Assembly: GCF_006345805.1 (NCBI RefSeq)
Contig: NC_043015.1
Coordinates: 31,124,001 to 31,188,000 of the forward strand
Direction: 5' to 3'
Source of the DNA: Octopus sinensis
Lineage: Eukaryota
Length of the DNA stretch: 64,000 nt
Each line of letters opens with the position of its first letter. Positions within the stretch are counted from its first letter, which is position 1. Under the pieces are notes generated by a model. That model did not search any database. It was not told the origin of the DNA and saw only the letters and a list, made by a program, of their open reading frames with translations. Below are positions 26,724 to 39,883 of this stretch, piece after piece. Position numbers and translations under genes: made by a program.

Positions 26724-26989
26724 TGGTATGGCACCTACACACACGCACACACAAAGGGCTTCCATGTAGTTATCATCTACTAATCACAAGGTAATAATAG
26801 AAGACACTTGCCCAAGGTACTATGAAGTGGGACTGGGCCAAAAATCACATGGTTGCAAGGCAAATATCTTACACAACCTTACCTGTGCTTTATCAATAAG
26901 AAATTCCATATTGCAAAATAAAAATAAATAAAGTAAGCATATACAAAAATCACTACATTTTCAATGGAATCAATCTAAACCGTTCTTAC

Positions 26990-27094
26990 GTCATAATATT
27001 CCTTACTGCTTGCAGTTTTGATTGCCATAATCCAGTCTTCCATTTCTTTCCTGCTTTCCGCACATAATATTAAATTACGAGAAGGAGTAATAAC
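26990..27094 (-). CDS. DGKD: DGK exon, C-terminal part of PH domain ([35 protein letters not shown])
   Basis: ttgcag|GTT acceptor, GAC|gtaag donor, 105 nt, phase 0/0; PH terminal helix with conserved Trp (EMEDWI). Confidence 0.93.
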
Positions 27095-28094
27095 CTGCAA
27101 GGGAAGAAAACTTATGTCAGCAAATGGAAAAATAGTCAAAACAAAATGATAACCACAAGTCAAAAATTAACATTTTCTTTCAATAAATTCTGCTACTTTT
27201 TCATAAAATTAAAGTAAATTCTAAAGTGACGTCAAACTGTAATTTTTTTGCAACAGTAAATAAAGTAAGAGAAATTTAGAATTATACCGTTTCCTTTAGA
27301 GCAGCGCCAGTCAAATTGTAGGACAGCGCCACTTCCTTTAAACCAGACCCCAATCTGATTTTATTCAGACTTTTTCAATCATTGGTTTCAAATTTTGGCA
27401 CAAGGCCAGCAGTTTTGAGGGAAGGGGCCCAAGTCAATCAAATGAACCCCAATGCCCAACTGGTTCTTATTTTATTGATTCTGGCAATAATGATGATGAT
27501 GATGATAAAGGATGAAAGGCAAAGTCAACTTTGATGGAATTTGAACAAAATGTCGCTAAACATTTTGCCTTATTCTGCCAACTCACTGCCTTATCATTGA
27601 TAATGCTACATGGTTAAGAAGTTCACTTCCCAACTACATGGTTTCCGGTTCAGTCCCACTACATGGCACCTTGTGTATATAGCCCCAGGTCGATCAAAGC
27701 TTTGTGTATAGATTTGATAAATGGAAACTGAAAGAAGCCCTTTGTGTGTGTGATTGTGTGTATGTGTGTTTCCCTGTCTTGATATTGCATATTAGTTGTA
27801 AATGAGTGTCACTGTCCTAAAAGCAGTGTCGTTCATTTCCAATATTCTGTGAAAATATGTCCAGTCATAGGGAAATATTACCTTGCTTAGAAACTGATGA
27901 GGTTTGGTGACAGGAACGGCAGCCAGCCATACAAAATCTGCCTCAGTAAAATCAATCTGAGCCATGCAAGGATGGGAAAAATGATAATGATAACCCAAAA
28001 GGTTACCTAAAAGCCAACAACTGTTTAATGTCTCACAAATACATAAAAAGGCTTCGGTTATTGAGTTGAAAGAGTTTGTAGATTTAAAAAAATA

Positions 28095-28425
28095 ATAATA
28101 ATAATGAAATTATTGTATACAGTGCTCAGGTGCCCCACAACTTGTCAAAAGTGCGTATAAAGTATATGCAATAATGTACAAATGTCTAGAAAGTGAACAG
28201 TGTATGAGTCAGATACATGCTTGCGTGCATATGGAGGAGAGAAAATCAGGTGTAGTGTTGGCGAATCTCAGGAAGCATGGAAGTTTTGAAGGATGCAGTG
28301 CTCCGACAACTAACAACTGATGCCGGCAGTCTGTTCCATGCTTCAGCAACTCTTAGCGTGAAAAAATGTTTCTGAAAGTCATGGGAGCTGTGCTGTTTTC
28401 TGACTTTGTAAACATGTCCAACCAG
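28095..28425 (-). mobile_element. CR1/L2-clade LINE 3' end with (AAT)n tail
   Basis: KHFFTLRVAEAWNRLPASVVSCRSTASFK in ORF 28246-28467. Confidence 0.8.
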
Positions 28426-29324
28426 AAGCTCAAATACAACGGGAGAGGTGAAAGAGTTTAAAGACAAGCTGCCAGAAGTTGAGAGAGCTTGCAGAACATA
28501 AGCTGTGCAAAGAAATCTTTTAATTTCTGGTCAGTTGTTCTTCAGGTATTATTGAGAGAGGTAAATACCTGGCAGGTATTGTATGCAGCATTCTTCACCT
28601 GCACAGCATTACAGCTGTAAATGAGCCAGTTTGGGTCTTTGGATAGGTGAGAAATGTGGAGAGACATGCAAAGGTAGATGGTGTCAATCACCAAACAGCT
28701 GTCACAAACATGTCAGAGGGGAAACATAGGACTAACAGAGCTATCGGTCAGCAAACTACTAAAGGGTTCAATAAGAAAATTTAAGTTTAGCTCCATTAAG
28801 TAGGCAGTGGTCAGATGAGCCGTTGAAAGCAGAAAAGTGACTAAGCAAATGCTGGCTTTGATGATGAAGAATGTTTTGAAGTGTTGGTGTATTGATCAGG
28901 GGTTGAAGATACTAACTAATGCAGGTAGTTTACAATGGTAAATAACACAGGTTCTGTACTTCCAATAGAGGTGTAGAATGAGTGAAAGACGCAAAATGAA
29001 TCACATGCAATGAAATCACCAAGAATTATGATGACTTAAAAGAGAGAGAGATAGAGACAGAAAGAGTCAGACGGACAGACAGACAGACACCAGATATCAA
29101 TACAAGATGAGAAGTACTTGGCTATCTGCTAATGGTTGGAATAGTTTGGAGAGCAACAGAGGCAGCAAAAGAAAGAACTCAAAAGAGTGGAAAAATATGG
29201 TTATGGTGTTGGCAATAATATTACTGCTGATATAGCAAAAGTGATGATATGACAATGAGAAAGGTGATGTTGGCAATGATGATGATGGATTGTAATAGCA
29301 GCGATAATAGCAATAGTAGTAGTG

Positions 29325-29355
<31 letters not shown>

Positions 29356-29577
29356 GGCAGTGCAAATTTTAAAAAAATAAAAAAATAAAAGGAATAAAAA
29401 ATCTATAAAAACTTGACTAGATCTTGTCCTATTGATTTATTGGCTGTGACTACTGTGCAGGTCTGTCTGTGAAGAATAGCAAGAGACGGTGAATATGCTA
29501 CTTTGGAGAGCCTCACCATTAGAGAACTTTCTTCATAGAACCACCAGTCTCAGCACTACAGTCACAAGGCTTCGCTT

Positions 29578-29701
29578 GCCGCCACCACCGCCGCCGCCAC
29601 CACCACCACTGCCGCCGCCGCCACCACCACCGCCACCACCGCCACCACCACCGCCACTACCACCACCACCACCACCACCGCCACTACCACCACCACCACC
29701 A
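29578..29701. repeat. (CCR)n trinucleotide repeat
   Basis: About 40 CCA/CCG units (poly-Pro on plus, poly-Gly on minus). Confidence 0.9.
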
Positions 29702-30282
29702 CTTCTACCATCCATCACCTGTTTGTTCTTGTCTCTCAACAGATACACCAAACAGATCAATAACAAAGCCTGTCACCTTCCAACAACCACCAACACCACG
29801 ACCACCACCGCTGTAAAAACGTGGCTGTTTTTATCGTTGTTGAGTGGTGGGAGATACGATGACGATGGTGGTGGTGGTCACAGTTCCAGGTACCTCACCA
29901 CCTATACCGCTCCTAATACTACTACACCTCTTAAGGTATGCAGTCATTGATGTGGGTCACAAATGATTTGACCCAGTAAAACACAACTAATTTGCATACA
30001 TGGATTGCACAGCGTTGTGTGTGTGTGTGTGTGTGCGTATATGTGTATGCACACATCTGTGTGTGTGTATGTGCATGCATCAGTTTGTGCGGTTGTATAT
30101 ACATGTGTGTATGACTTGATGATGATGATGATGCATGTTTCTATAAATGAATGTGAGAGAATTTCTGTGTCTTTTAGGTGCATACAAGTAGCTGCGTGCA
30201 TGTATGTCTGTGTACGTGCATATATGCATGAGTAAATATACGTGCACTAATTGCTTCAGGGAAGATGCTTGTACAGATGTGA

Positions 30283-30480
30283 ACTCTCTTTTACTTGTTT
30301 CAGTCATTTGACTGCGGCCATGCTGGAGCACCGCCTTTAGTCGAGCAAATCGACCCCGGGGACTTATTCTTTGTAAGCCCAGTACTTATTCTATCGGGCT
30401 CTTTTTGCCGAACCGCTAAGTGACGGGGACGTAAACACACCAGCATCGGTTGTCAAGCGATGGTGGGGGGACAAACACAG

Positions 30481-30552
<72 letters not shown>

Positions 30553-30720
30553 TATATACATATATACGACAGGCTTCTTTCAGTTTCCGTCTACCAAATC
30601 CACTCACAAGGCATTGGTCGGTGCGGGGCTGTAGCAGAAGACACTTGCCCAAGATGCCACGCAGTGGGACTGAACCCGGAACCATGTGGTTGGTAAGCAA
30701 GCTACTTACCACACAGCCAC
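30283..30720 (-). mobile_element. SINE family 1 copy
   Basis: Reverse complement of 24401-24800. Confidence 0.85.
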
Positions 30721-31343
30721 TTGCTTGTGTGTGTGTAGAGAGAGAGAGAGAGCCGTTGGTTGTGGATGGGTAAATGTATATATATACACATGTAGGCAAA
30801 AAGACACACAAGAATGAGAATGCTCAAGTATTTATGCATATATAACCATGCACATGCACATGTGCATGTGTGTGTGTGTGTGAGAGAGAGGAAGAGTGGG
30901 GGCATGCATGCATGTATGTGTGTGTGTATGTGTGAGTGTGTGTGCATTCCAAAAATGTACACAACCTGCCGGCTCCACCCAGTTTCTGTCAAGCAGACAT
31001 ATAGGGCAACAGCTATTCTGTTTCTCTAGCATAACATTTTTCTTGCTAGAGCAGGTTCTCGACAAATACACACCATTGTGTGTGTGTATGTTTGTGTATG
31101 CATCTGTGTGTGTGCAGGCATGTGTGTGTGTGTGTGTGCAGGCATGTGTGTGTGTGTGTGTGTGCAGGCATGTGTGTGTGTGTGTGCTTACTGATCATAA
31201 GGACATAAAGAGGAGGACATGGTAGTAATCACTAAATATATTTTATTTGTGTATATATGTTTTGGTATGTCTCTAAGTAAGAGAAAATTAAACCAATTGC
31301 TCAACAAGTTCTGTCAAAATGCTCAGATTGGATTTCTTCACAG

Positions 31344-31588
31344 ATTTAAGATCTATTGGACCTTATTTTTTCATTTAAGATCTACTGGACCTTATTTTTT
31401 CATTTAAGATCTACTGGACCTTGTTTTTTTTCATTTAAGATCTACTGGACCTTGTTTTTTTTCATTTAAGATCTACCGGACCTTATTTTTTCATTTAAAA
31501 TCTATTGGACCTTATTTTTTCATTTAAGATCTATTTGACCCTTATTTTTTTCATTTAAGATCTATTGGACCTTACTTTAGCATTTAAA
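31344..31588. repeat. Minisatellite, ~29-31-bp unit x8 (atttaagatcta(t/c)tggaccttattttttc)
   Basis: Direct head-to-tail repeats without spacers. Confidence 0.9.
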
Positions 31589-31942
31589 TTTTGGGATATG
31601 GCCTAAAATTTTCAACTTCTTTAACGTTCAAATTATCCGGATCTAGCCTCTCACATCTACCTAACAATGTCATTCAAAACATAAGCAATCATACCACTGA
31701 AATCTCAAAGCTACAAGATAATGCATGATTATCCCATTAGTATTTAATCCGGTCATATCTGGCTTAAATATTCTTCCCGTTTTATGTTGCAACTAACCAC
31801 ATTAAACCCCTCACACCTACCCTACAATGTCATTCTAAAAATATACAAACGCATCATTGACATCTTGGAGCTACAAGATAATCCATGATTAATCCAAAAC
31901 AATGTGAATAAAAAAACAATTACATTTGACAGAGTAATATGA

Positions 31943-32157
31943 CTTTTACTCTTTTACTTGTTTCAGTCATTTGACTGCGCCATGCTGGAGCACCGCCTTT
32001 AGTCGATCAAATTGACCCCGGGACTTATTCTTTGTAAGCTCAGTACTTATTCTATCGGTCTCTTTTGCCGAACTGCTAAGTTACAGGGATGTATACACTC
32101 CAGCATCGGTTGTCAAGTGATGTTGGGGGGACAAACACAGACACACAAACCCACACC

Positions 32158-32189
<32 letters not shown>

Positions 32190-32348
32190 CGACAGGCTTC
32201 TTTCAGTTTCTGTCTACCAAATCCACTCACAAGGCATTGGTCGGCCCGGGGCTCTAGCAGAAGACACTTGCCCAAGATGCCACACAGTGGGACTGAACCC
32301 GGAACCATGTGGTTGGTTAGCAAGCTACTTACCACACAGCCACTCCTG
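31943..32348 (-). mobile_element. SINE family 1 copy
   Basis: Reverse complement of 24401-24800. Confidence 0.85.
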
Positions 32349-32389
32349 TGTGTTGCTTAAAATGAGATGGCTTTTGGCTCTATGAATCG

Positions 32390-33216
32390 AAAACAAAAAA
32401 AATATTTGCCCAGACTGCTTCCATGATTTCAAAAGTTTTCCACAAGTAGAAAGTCTATATCAAATTCTGAAAGATATTGTAACACTCACGAATACTGTAG
32501 GGTTTGAAGAAGTCGTAGAACACGATTTGGCTGAGATGCTAGTGTCCCATAGAGAAAGTTTATTTAACGAGGAACTGAAGCTAGTAGAACATAAACAAGC
32601 TGAGAATACAAATGAGAATATGGAAATTCCAACAAACTACATTTTAAGTTAACTGCAAAGAATGTAGGTAAAGGATTAGCACTTATAGAGAGAAAGGTCT
32701 GCAAGTTTTTGCTAGTAACAACCCTAATCATAGACATAGCATAAAAATTACTATACTTTATACATAGAAGAGTTGTATAAAGAAATGGTGTGCCATAAAC
32801 ATCAAACAATTTTGGATAAGTTCTTTGCCCATCCAGCAGATGATGCTGATGATGATGGTAGAAGATAATGTCCCTCATCCTGCCACTAATTTCCATTCCA
32901 TCACCACCCATCAGATACGTCAACATTTTTTGTGGTACGATATTACAATTCTTATTCTCCAATGTATTTCACTTCAAAATGTTTTTATGTATTCATATTA
33001 TTCTGTGTATATTTAGAAATTGCTATTTTCATGCATTAAAAACGGTTGGGTTGCTTGTTCTTTTGTGGGGCTTTTTTGCTGTTTATATATTTTTTTTTGT
33101 TTTTGCGAAAGTATCCACTGGAATGCATTATCATTTTATAACAATGGAAGAAAATTAATTTTGCATTACGAGTTTTTCAGGGATGCATTACTCACATGAC
33201 ATAAGGAATTCCTGTA
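32390..33216 (+). mobile_element. Tigger/pogo DNA transposon relic (3' part)
   Basis: Plus frame reads ICPDCFHDFKSFPQ...VGFEEVVEHDLAEMLVSHRESLFNEEL, like a Tigger transposase C-terminus; QTILDKFF PIP-box-like motif at 32803-32826; ends ...cctg-TA. Confidence 0.7.
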
Positions 33217-33218
33217 TA

Positions 33219-33950
33219 TAGGAGGTGCTTTCGAAAAGTATCTGGCCTTTGGGCATAAAAAAAGCAATTTTGTACATTTCACAAATTTTCTTGGCCATTG
33301 CCAGCCTACCCTGGCACCTGTGCCGGTTGCACATAAAAAGCACCATCCCCGTATGTGGCCGATGCCAGTGCCACCTTGACTGGCTTCCATGCCGGTGGCA
33401 CGTAAAAAGCATCCACTACACTCACGGAGTGGTTGGCGTTAGGAAGGGCATCCAGCTGTAGAAACACTGCCAGAGCAGACTGGAGCTTGGTGCAGCCTCC
33501 TGGCTTCCCAGACCCCAGTTGAACCGTCCAACCCATGCTAGCATGGAAAACGGATGTTAAACAATGATGATGATGACCTTGAAAATACTTCCCGTGGGAG
33601 TTGACACATTTCTCCCAGTGGGTCTGCCATGGCTGGTAATACTTCTGGAACACCTTCTATGGAATGATATGATCTCCACTTTCGCTTTTCTAATAATTTC
33701 CTCTCATAACTCTAGTAACTTCCCTTTCAGCATGGTTTTTAGTTTGGGCTAAGAGCCAGAGGTCACACACTGACAAGTCAGAAAAGCAGGGAGCCTGTCA
33801 AACAAGTGGTGTGATGTTCTTGACCAGGAAAGCTTGTGGGTGGAATGAGCAGGTGCACTGCCATGGAGAAGTTGCCAATTCTTCAATGCCTACATGTCCA
33901 GCCGCTCTCAATGTACAACATCACATGGGCACTTTTGGATGCACCTTGTA
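33219..33950 (-). mobile_element. Internally deleted mariner element with inserted SINE
   Basis: FQKYYQPWQTHWEKCVNSHGKYFQG resembles the mariner C-terminus (W..RW.KC...G.YFE); imperfect TIRs taggaggtgctttcgaaaagt / acttttggatgcaccttgta. Confidence 0.7.
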
Positions 33951-33965
33951 AGTGTGTGTGTATGT

Positions 33966-34009
<44 letters not shown>

Positions 34010-34251
34010 ATATATATATCGTTGTTATTATACAAAAGTGTCATAGGTCCCAAATGTTGCTTTTTCCAGAAAGTGAAAAAATAGTCTCACCGTACCATAG
34101 CAAAACTGTTGTACTACACTTTGACAATTTTTGATATCTTGGCATATAAAGCAGCTGGAGATACGATAGTTTAACCAAAAGAACAGAAATAAATACTGAA
34201 AACAACACATTTGGCCAAATTTGGACATATGACAGTTTAACATAATAGCAA

Positions 34252-34282
<31 letters not shown>

Positions 34283-34750
34283 GTTTCAAGATCCAACAGA
34301 GGTAGAATCATCAAAAATATTACCCTATTCAGTGAGAGATAAATATCAATTTAAATACACAACGGAAAGAGCTACTAATAATTTCATGCCAATATGATAT
34401 TTAAACGGCATGAAAGATTGCTTTAAGATACACAGTATATTTTATAAATATGCCTGTTCAAGCATCATAATAGCATGAAACTATCAGTAGCTCTTTTGGT
34501 CGTTTATATATATTGATATATATATAAATTGATATATGTATTTATATATCATCATCATCGTTTAAGCAGAAATACCCGGTTGCCTGGGTTAAAGAGAATA
34601 AAGAAATTTAAAACACCATCTAAATTATGCAGGTCTCAATTGCTAGTAGCTGAGATACCAACATTCTACATTAATAACTCTCCAACCCATGCCAGCATGA
34701 AACATAGACGTTAAGTGAAATATTAAAAGAAAGTTTTCAACTCATATATT

Positions 34751-35168
34751 CTCTTTTTCTCTTTTTCTCTTTTTACTTGTTTCAGTCATTTGACTGCGGC
34801 CATGCTGGAGCACCGCCTTTAGTCGAGCAACTCGACCCCAGGACTTATTCATTGTAAGCCCAGTACTTATTCTATCGGTCTCTTTTGCCGAACCGCTAAG
34901 TGACGGGGACGTAAACACACCAGCATCAGTTGTCAAGCAATGCTAGGGGAACAAACACAGACACACAAACATATTCACACACACTTATATATATATACAT
35001 ATATACGACAGGCTTCTTTCAGTTTCTATCTACCAAATCCACTCACAAGGCATTGGTCGGCCTGGGGCTATAGCAGAAGACACTTGCCCAAGATGCCACG
35101 CAGTGGGACTGAACTCGGAACCATGTGGTTGGTTAGCAAGCTACTTACCAAACAGCCACTCCTGCGCC
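34751..35168 (-). mobile_element. SINE family 1 copy
   Basis: Reverse complement of 24401-24800. Confidence 0.85.
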
Positions 35169-37311
35169 TATATATATATGTATATAAAGTAAACACACGT
35201 AATTCAAAAACACATTTTGTGTAGCTTATTTCGTAACAAAAAAAAACAGGTACAGATTATAAACAATGAAAGGCCATCTTGGTGATTCATTTGACTCAGA
35301 TAGTAGAGAGCCAATCCAATGATAAATCTGACCTTGGATCTTGAATGTTTGCATGAATCCTGGCTCAGTTAAATCTCTTGTGGCTCCAAATGATGTCATC
35401 TTTAGTGCAGCATTATATTGTCTAATTTGTTTTTGAAGTGCTTGGAATCTTAGTCAGTTGATAACAACACTTTCTTCAATGGTTCTGGAGGTTGGGAGAT
35501 TGCAGGGAGTTTAACATTTCCACCACTGCAGAACAGTGCAGGTGTCTCTCCAGGCCACTTCCTTGCTTTACAATGTATGCACTCAGTTGTCATTGCACCA
35601 ATGGAAACTCTAGTGTCATCTGCATAATGAATTGCTGGATCATAATTGAAAGCTGCTTCATAGAAGTTGCTTCTCTGAGCTGTTGCAACTGCTCTTTGTT
35701 CTGCAGTGGAGATCCTATTCCTTGTCAGCCATTCCTCTGTTCATCACTTTGAGATGCTCTGGCTTTTGGAGTGCACAGTCTGTTCATTTCTTAGTATGCT
35801 TCCCTTTTTGCAGCTGTCTCTCTTTCCCTGGACAGAGACATTCTTTTGGCTGACCTTGACATTATAGACAAATTTGACACTCCTTCTAGGCATGGTTAAA
35901 ATAACTGGGTAACGGAAACTATATTTCTTAATACGATGGGCAGAAAGTAAATAAGAAATTTTTACAGAAAATAAAGAATTGTACGGGTTGAAGCAAAATT
36001 TGTCGGTGAACCAAAGAGCCAGTATCAAAGGAACCAGAATAAACAGAAAAACACGAAACCGTTGCAAAAGTAAATAAGAAAGTTTTAAGGAAATTAACTA
36101 AGTGTACGAATTTAAGAGAAATTTTTGAAGTTATTTCTGTCAGCAAATCATGAACTTACTTTTATCAGTAATTCCATCAACAACAAAAAACAGTAAACAT
36201 TGCAAAAGTAAATTAAAAAAGTTGTAGGCAAATTTAATGAAGTGTACGGATTGAAGTGAAATTTATGAGGTTACTTCTGTCAATAAATTATGTATGAAAT
36301 TACTTTCATCAGTAATTGTGAACTTCTTTCTATCAGTAATTTGTTGTTTGCAAATAGCAATTGAAAACTTACAGTGAAAATGATAGCATCTGGAAAATGA
36401 AAGTACAAACAATAGAGAGTGAGTGAGATATAGAGAGAGGGGGAGAGAGCTAGTTAGTTAGACAAATAAGATAGATAGATAGACAGATAGATGGATAGAG
36501 AGATCTAGATAGAGAGGTGTAAATGTCATTGATGTTAGAAAACCAGAAGTAAATATTTTTTAAAACTTCCAAAGACAGGAATCTAATACAAAAAGCAATA
36601 TTTTTAATTTTTTTATGACCAATAGATATAAGGGAGACGACAATCAATTTCTAAAAGTTATTTCGCAAAGAGTTACCTCCATTATCCACGTAACTCAGGA
36701 ATGGGTATTTTCTGTCTCCAGGAGGCCTGTTACTCATTATATGAAAAATTTTAAGAGACTAAAACCATTCCTGGAACATAAGTAGTGTATGTTCCCAGTT
36801 TGGAGAAAATCAGTTGAAAAATATGGCTGTAATACTCTTTTACACACACAGAGACAGAATGGGGTTTATATTATAGATATACCAATTTATATATTCATAT
36901 ATACTAGACTACTCGTGACCCACTGGATCACCGGGAAAGTCTGAGTTTCTCAGCAAAAGTGTTTTGTTTCATGGATTTTTCTTTTCCTGGTTATTTCGCA
37001 TGCTTTCAACAAATGTGACATCAAAATCACATGTAAACGGCTCCTTTCCCCAGGAAAAGAAAGATTTGACTGCTATTTCTTGCATACCCTGCTACCATAT
37101 AACAGGTATTTCAGGTCCTTTATCACAAATAGCTGTTACATGGTAGCAGGGTGTGCTAGAAATAGCAACCAAATCTTTGGGGGTGAGGTACATTGAATGC
37201 ACTTTTACGAAATATTTACCATATTTTTGAAGTCATTTTCACTTTAAAATGTTTTATCCAAGCATGCAAAGGATCCAACATTCAGACAAATAAAGGAGCA
37301 TGTCCTCATAA

Positions 37312-37450
37312 ATGGTGACAAAGGGCCTCTCGCTCAGAGTAAAAGGTAGGCTGTATGCCACATGTGTGCAAACAGCCATGCTACATGGCAGTGAAACATG
37401 GGCCGTGACTGTTGAGGACATGCATAAGCTTGCAAGAAATGAAGCGAGTA
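37312..37450 (+). mobile_element. RTE-clade LINE fragment
   Basis: VTKGLSLRVKGRLYATCVQTAMLHGSETWAVTVEDMHKLARNEAS. Confidence 0.8.
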
Positions 37451-37878
37451 CTCCACCCCAGTCAACACTCACCTGCTCTTCTAAAATGTGAATAGCCATG
37501 TAGCTCCTCTACAGCAAGAAGCCTGTTCTGTATGTGGGCAACCTCACTATTGCTCGTGACACAAAACAAAAACACCCAGTACACTCTGTAAAGTGATTGG
37601 CATTAGGAAAGGTCTCCAGCCATAGAAACTATGCTAAAGTAGACAGCCGAGCAAGATTCAGTCATTTGATGCATTAGATCCTGTTAAAACATCCAACCCA
37701 AGTCAGTATAGAACAAGGACATTAATTTATATCATCATCATCATCGTCATCGTTTAACGTCCGTTTTCCATGCTAGCAAGGGTTGGACGATTTGACTGAG
37801 GACTGGCAAACCAGATGGCTGCACCAGGCTCCAATCTTGATATATGTATGTATATGTGTACATGCAAACAAGTATATA

Positions 37879-37919
<41 letters not shown>

Positions 37920-37924
37920 ACTGG

Positions 37925-38310
37925 CTTCAGTCATTAGACTGCGGCCATGCTGGAGCACCATTTTGAGGAATTTCAGTCAAATGAATCGATTCCTGTACTT
38001 GTTTTCTTTTTTAAGCCCGGTACTTATTTTATTGATTTTTTTTTTGCTGAACTGTTAAGTAATGGAGATGTAAACAAACCAACACCGGCTATCAAGAAGT
38101 GGTGGGAGACAAACACAGACACAAAGACACACAAAAAATATATATACATATCTTCTATGGCAGGCTTCTTTCAGTTTCTCGTTACTAAATCCACTCACAA
38201 GGCTTTGGTCCACCCGAAGCTATAGTAGAAGACACTTGCCTAAGATGCCACACAGTGACACTGAACCTGGAACCATGTGGTTGGGAAGTAAACTTTTACC
38301 ACACAGCCAC
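37925..38310 (-). mobile_element. SINE family 1, diverged copy
   Basis: Same blocks as the other copies, with more substitutions. Confidence 0.75.
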
Positions 38311-38339
38311 ATTATATATATATATACATATATACATAA

Positions 38340-38378
<39 letters not shown>

Positions 38379-38636
38379 AAGTTAATCCAAACAAGAAAGC
38401 ACAAAAAAACACAACAACGCGAGGACGTGGAACAAATATAGAATTATTGGACGCTCAGGAAAGAAGGAGGGTTTAACGTTTTGAGCAGAGCTCTTCATCG
38501 GAAACATAGGAGAAGGAAAGATCCAGAGAAGGGAAGACAGAGGAAAAAAAAATCGCCAACGGTACACATGAGGTCACATTTTGAAAGACTGGAAGGAAAG
38601 GGGTGTGTGTGTGTAGATATATGTATATATATATAC

Positions 38637-38667
<31 letters not shown>

Positions 38668-38671
38668 ATAC

Positions 38672-38722
<51 letters not shown>

Positions 38723-39883
38723 ATATACATATATATATATACATATATCTACACACACACACACACACGAGTGTAGTGAAAGGAAATGAAAAGCAAGTTA
38801 TGCATATATCATATATAAAGTTGTTTTTCTCTAAATGGGTCCTCAAAATTATACTTTATGCATGCAATATGTGTGTTTTAACACAACTCTTAACTGTATA
38901 CACTATTGAATTTAACAAAACACTTGAGATATTTTAACTTTTTATTTATTTATTTATTGTTACTTTTCTCATGGATATTGGATATTCGGGTGGGGGGTTG
39001 TTTTATATGCTCTTCACATGCATGAGTGTGTGTGTGTGTGTGTCTATAGTGTTAGACACACACACACACACACACGTACATATGCTTGCTTTTTCTTAAT
39101 TCATGAAATCAGAGTAACCTATTTGGGAAGTGAAGAAACTTGAAATGAAAAGGGGTGGAAGAGATCCTGACTAAACTGGGTGGGGAATATATGGTTAAGA
39201 TGATGGGTCTGCCAATGTGCCTGGGGAAGAGAACAACCAGCAGGTTAAATAAATATCCCAAGGTGATCAAGTGAGGTCATATTCCAGATACTCTCTGCTG
39301 GTTCATCTAAGTTCATTCTGTCTCAATATCTGCTTTCATTCCAGTTTTAAAAGATACATTATTCCACTGCTAAGTACAAGCAGAGCCAAGATGTTTTGGT
39401 TATAAGGTCCTGGGGAATCAAATGTGTAACACAGGTGCACTTTCTCATGGATGCCTTTGTCAATCATTGTCAATAACATGGAGAGGCATTAGTTCCACCA
39501 CGCTGCATTGTTCGCAGTGCATTACTTTTGCATGACTGCCTGACCTACTAGAACTCTTTCATCTTTCACTTGTTCCAGTCACTGAACTGTGGCCATGCTA
39601 GAGCACTGTTTGGCTTTGGCCAAACAAACCAACCCCCAGTACTTATTCTATTTGCCAAACTGCAAAGTTATAGGAACATAAACAAACCAACACCAGTTGG
39701 GAGGACAACAAACACACACACACATTTTCACATAGCTACACATGTTTTTCATGAAAGGCAAGAAATGAACAGTTTCACTTGCATGATGATGATGATGATG
39801 ATGCTAGCCATCATGTGATGTCTAGACAAGGGCACACAAAAATACACATACATATATAAAGAAGGATATATATATATATATAT

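Larger units (their letters stand above)
941..27094 (-). other. DGKD: Type II diacylglycerol kinase gene (delta/eta-like), partial; 10 coding exons in the window
   Basis: Ten exons with GT-AG boundaries and compatible phases give one 378-codon frame: PH C-terminal part, C1A, C1B, DAGK catalytic (GGDG) and linker. From recalled vertebrate sequences, [11 protein letters not shown] and [12 protein letters not shown] look closer to DGKD than DGKH; an invertebrate gene is probably co-orthologous to DGKD/H/K. Confidence 0.93.

Noticed and set aside
27295-27335. GGACAGCGCC, RE1/NRSE right half-site or partial CTCF motif
   Set aside because: Left half-site absent, short match expected by chance, and may be a transposon end.
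29489-29950. Plus-strand poly-proline ORF (formin/extensin-like)
   Set aside because: Arises from a (CCR)n repeat; non-ATG start, no domain, no splice support.
31344-31588. CRISPR-like ~30-bp repeats
   Set aside because: No unique spacers, no cas genes, eukaryotic intron.
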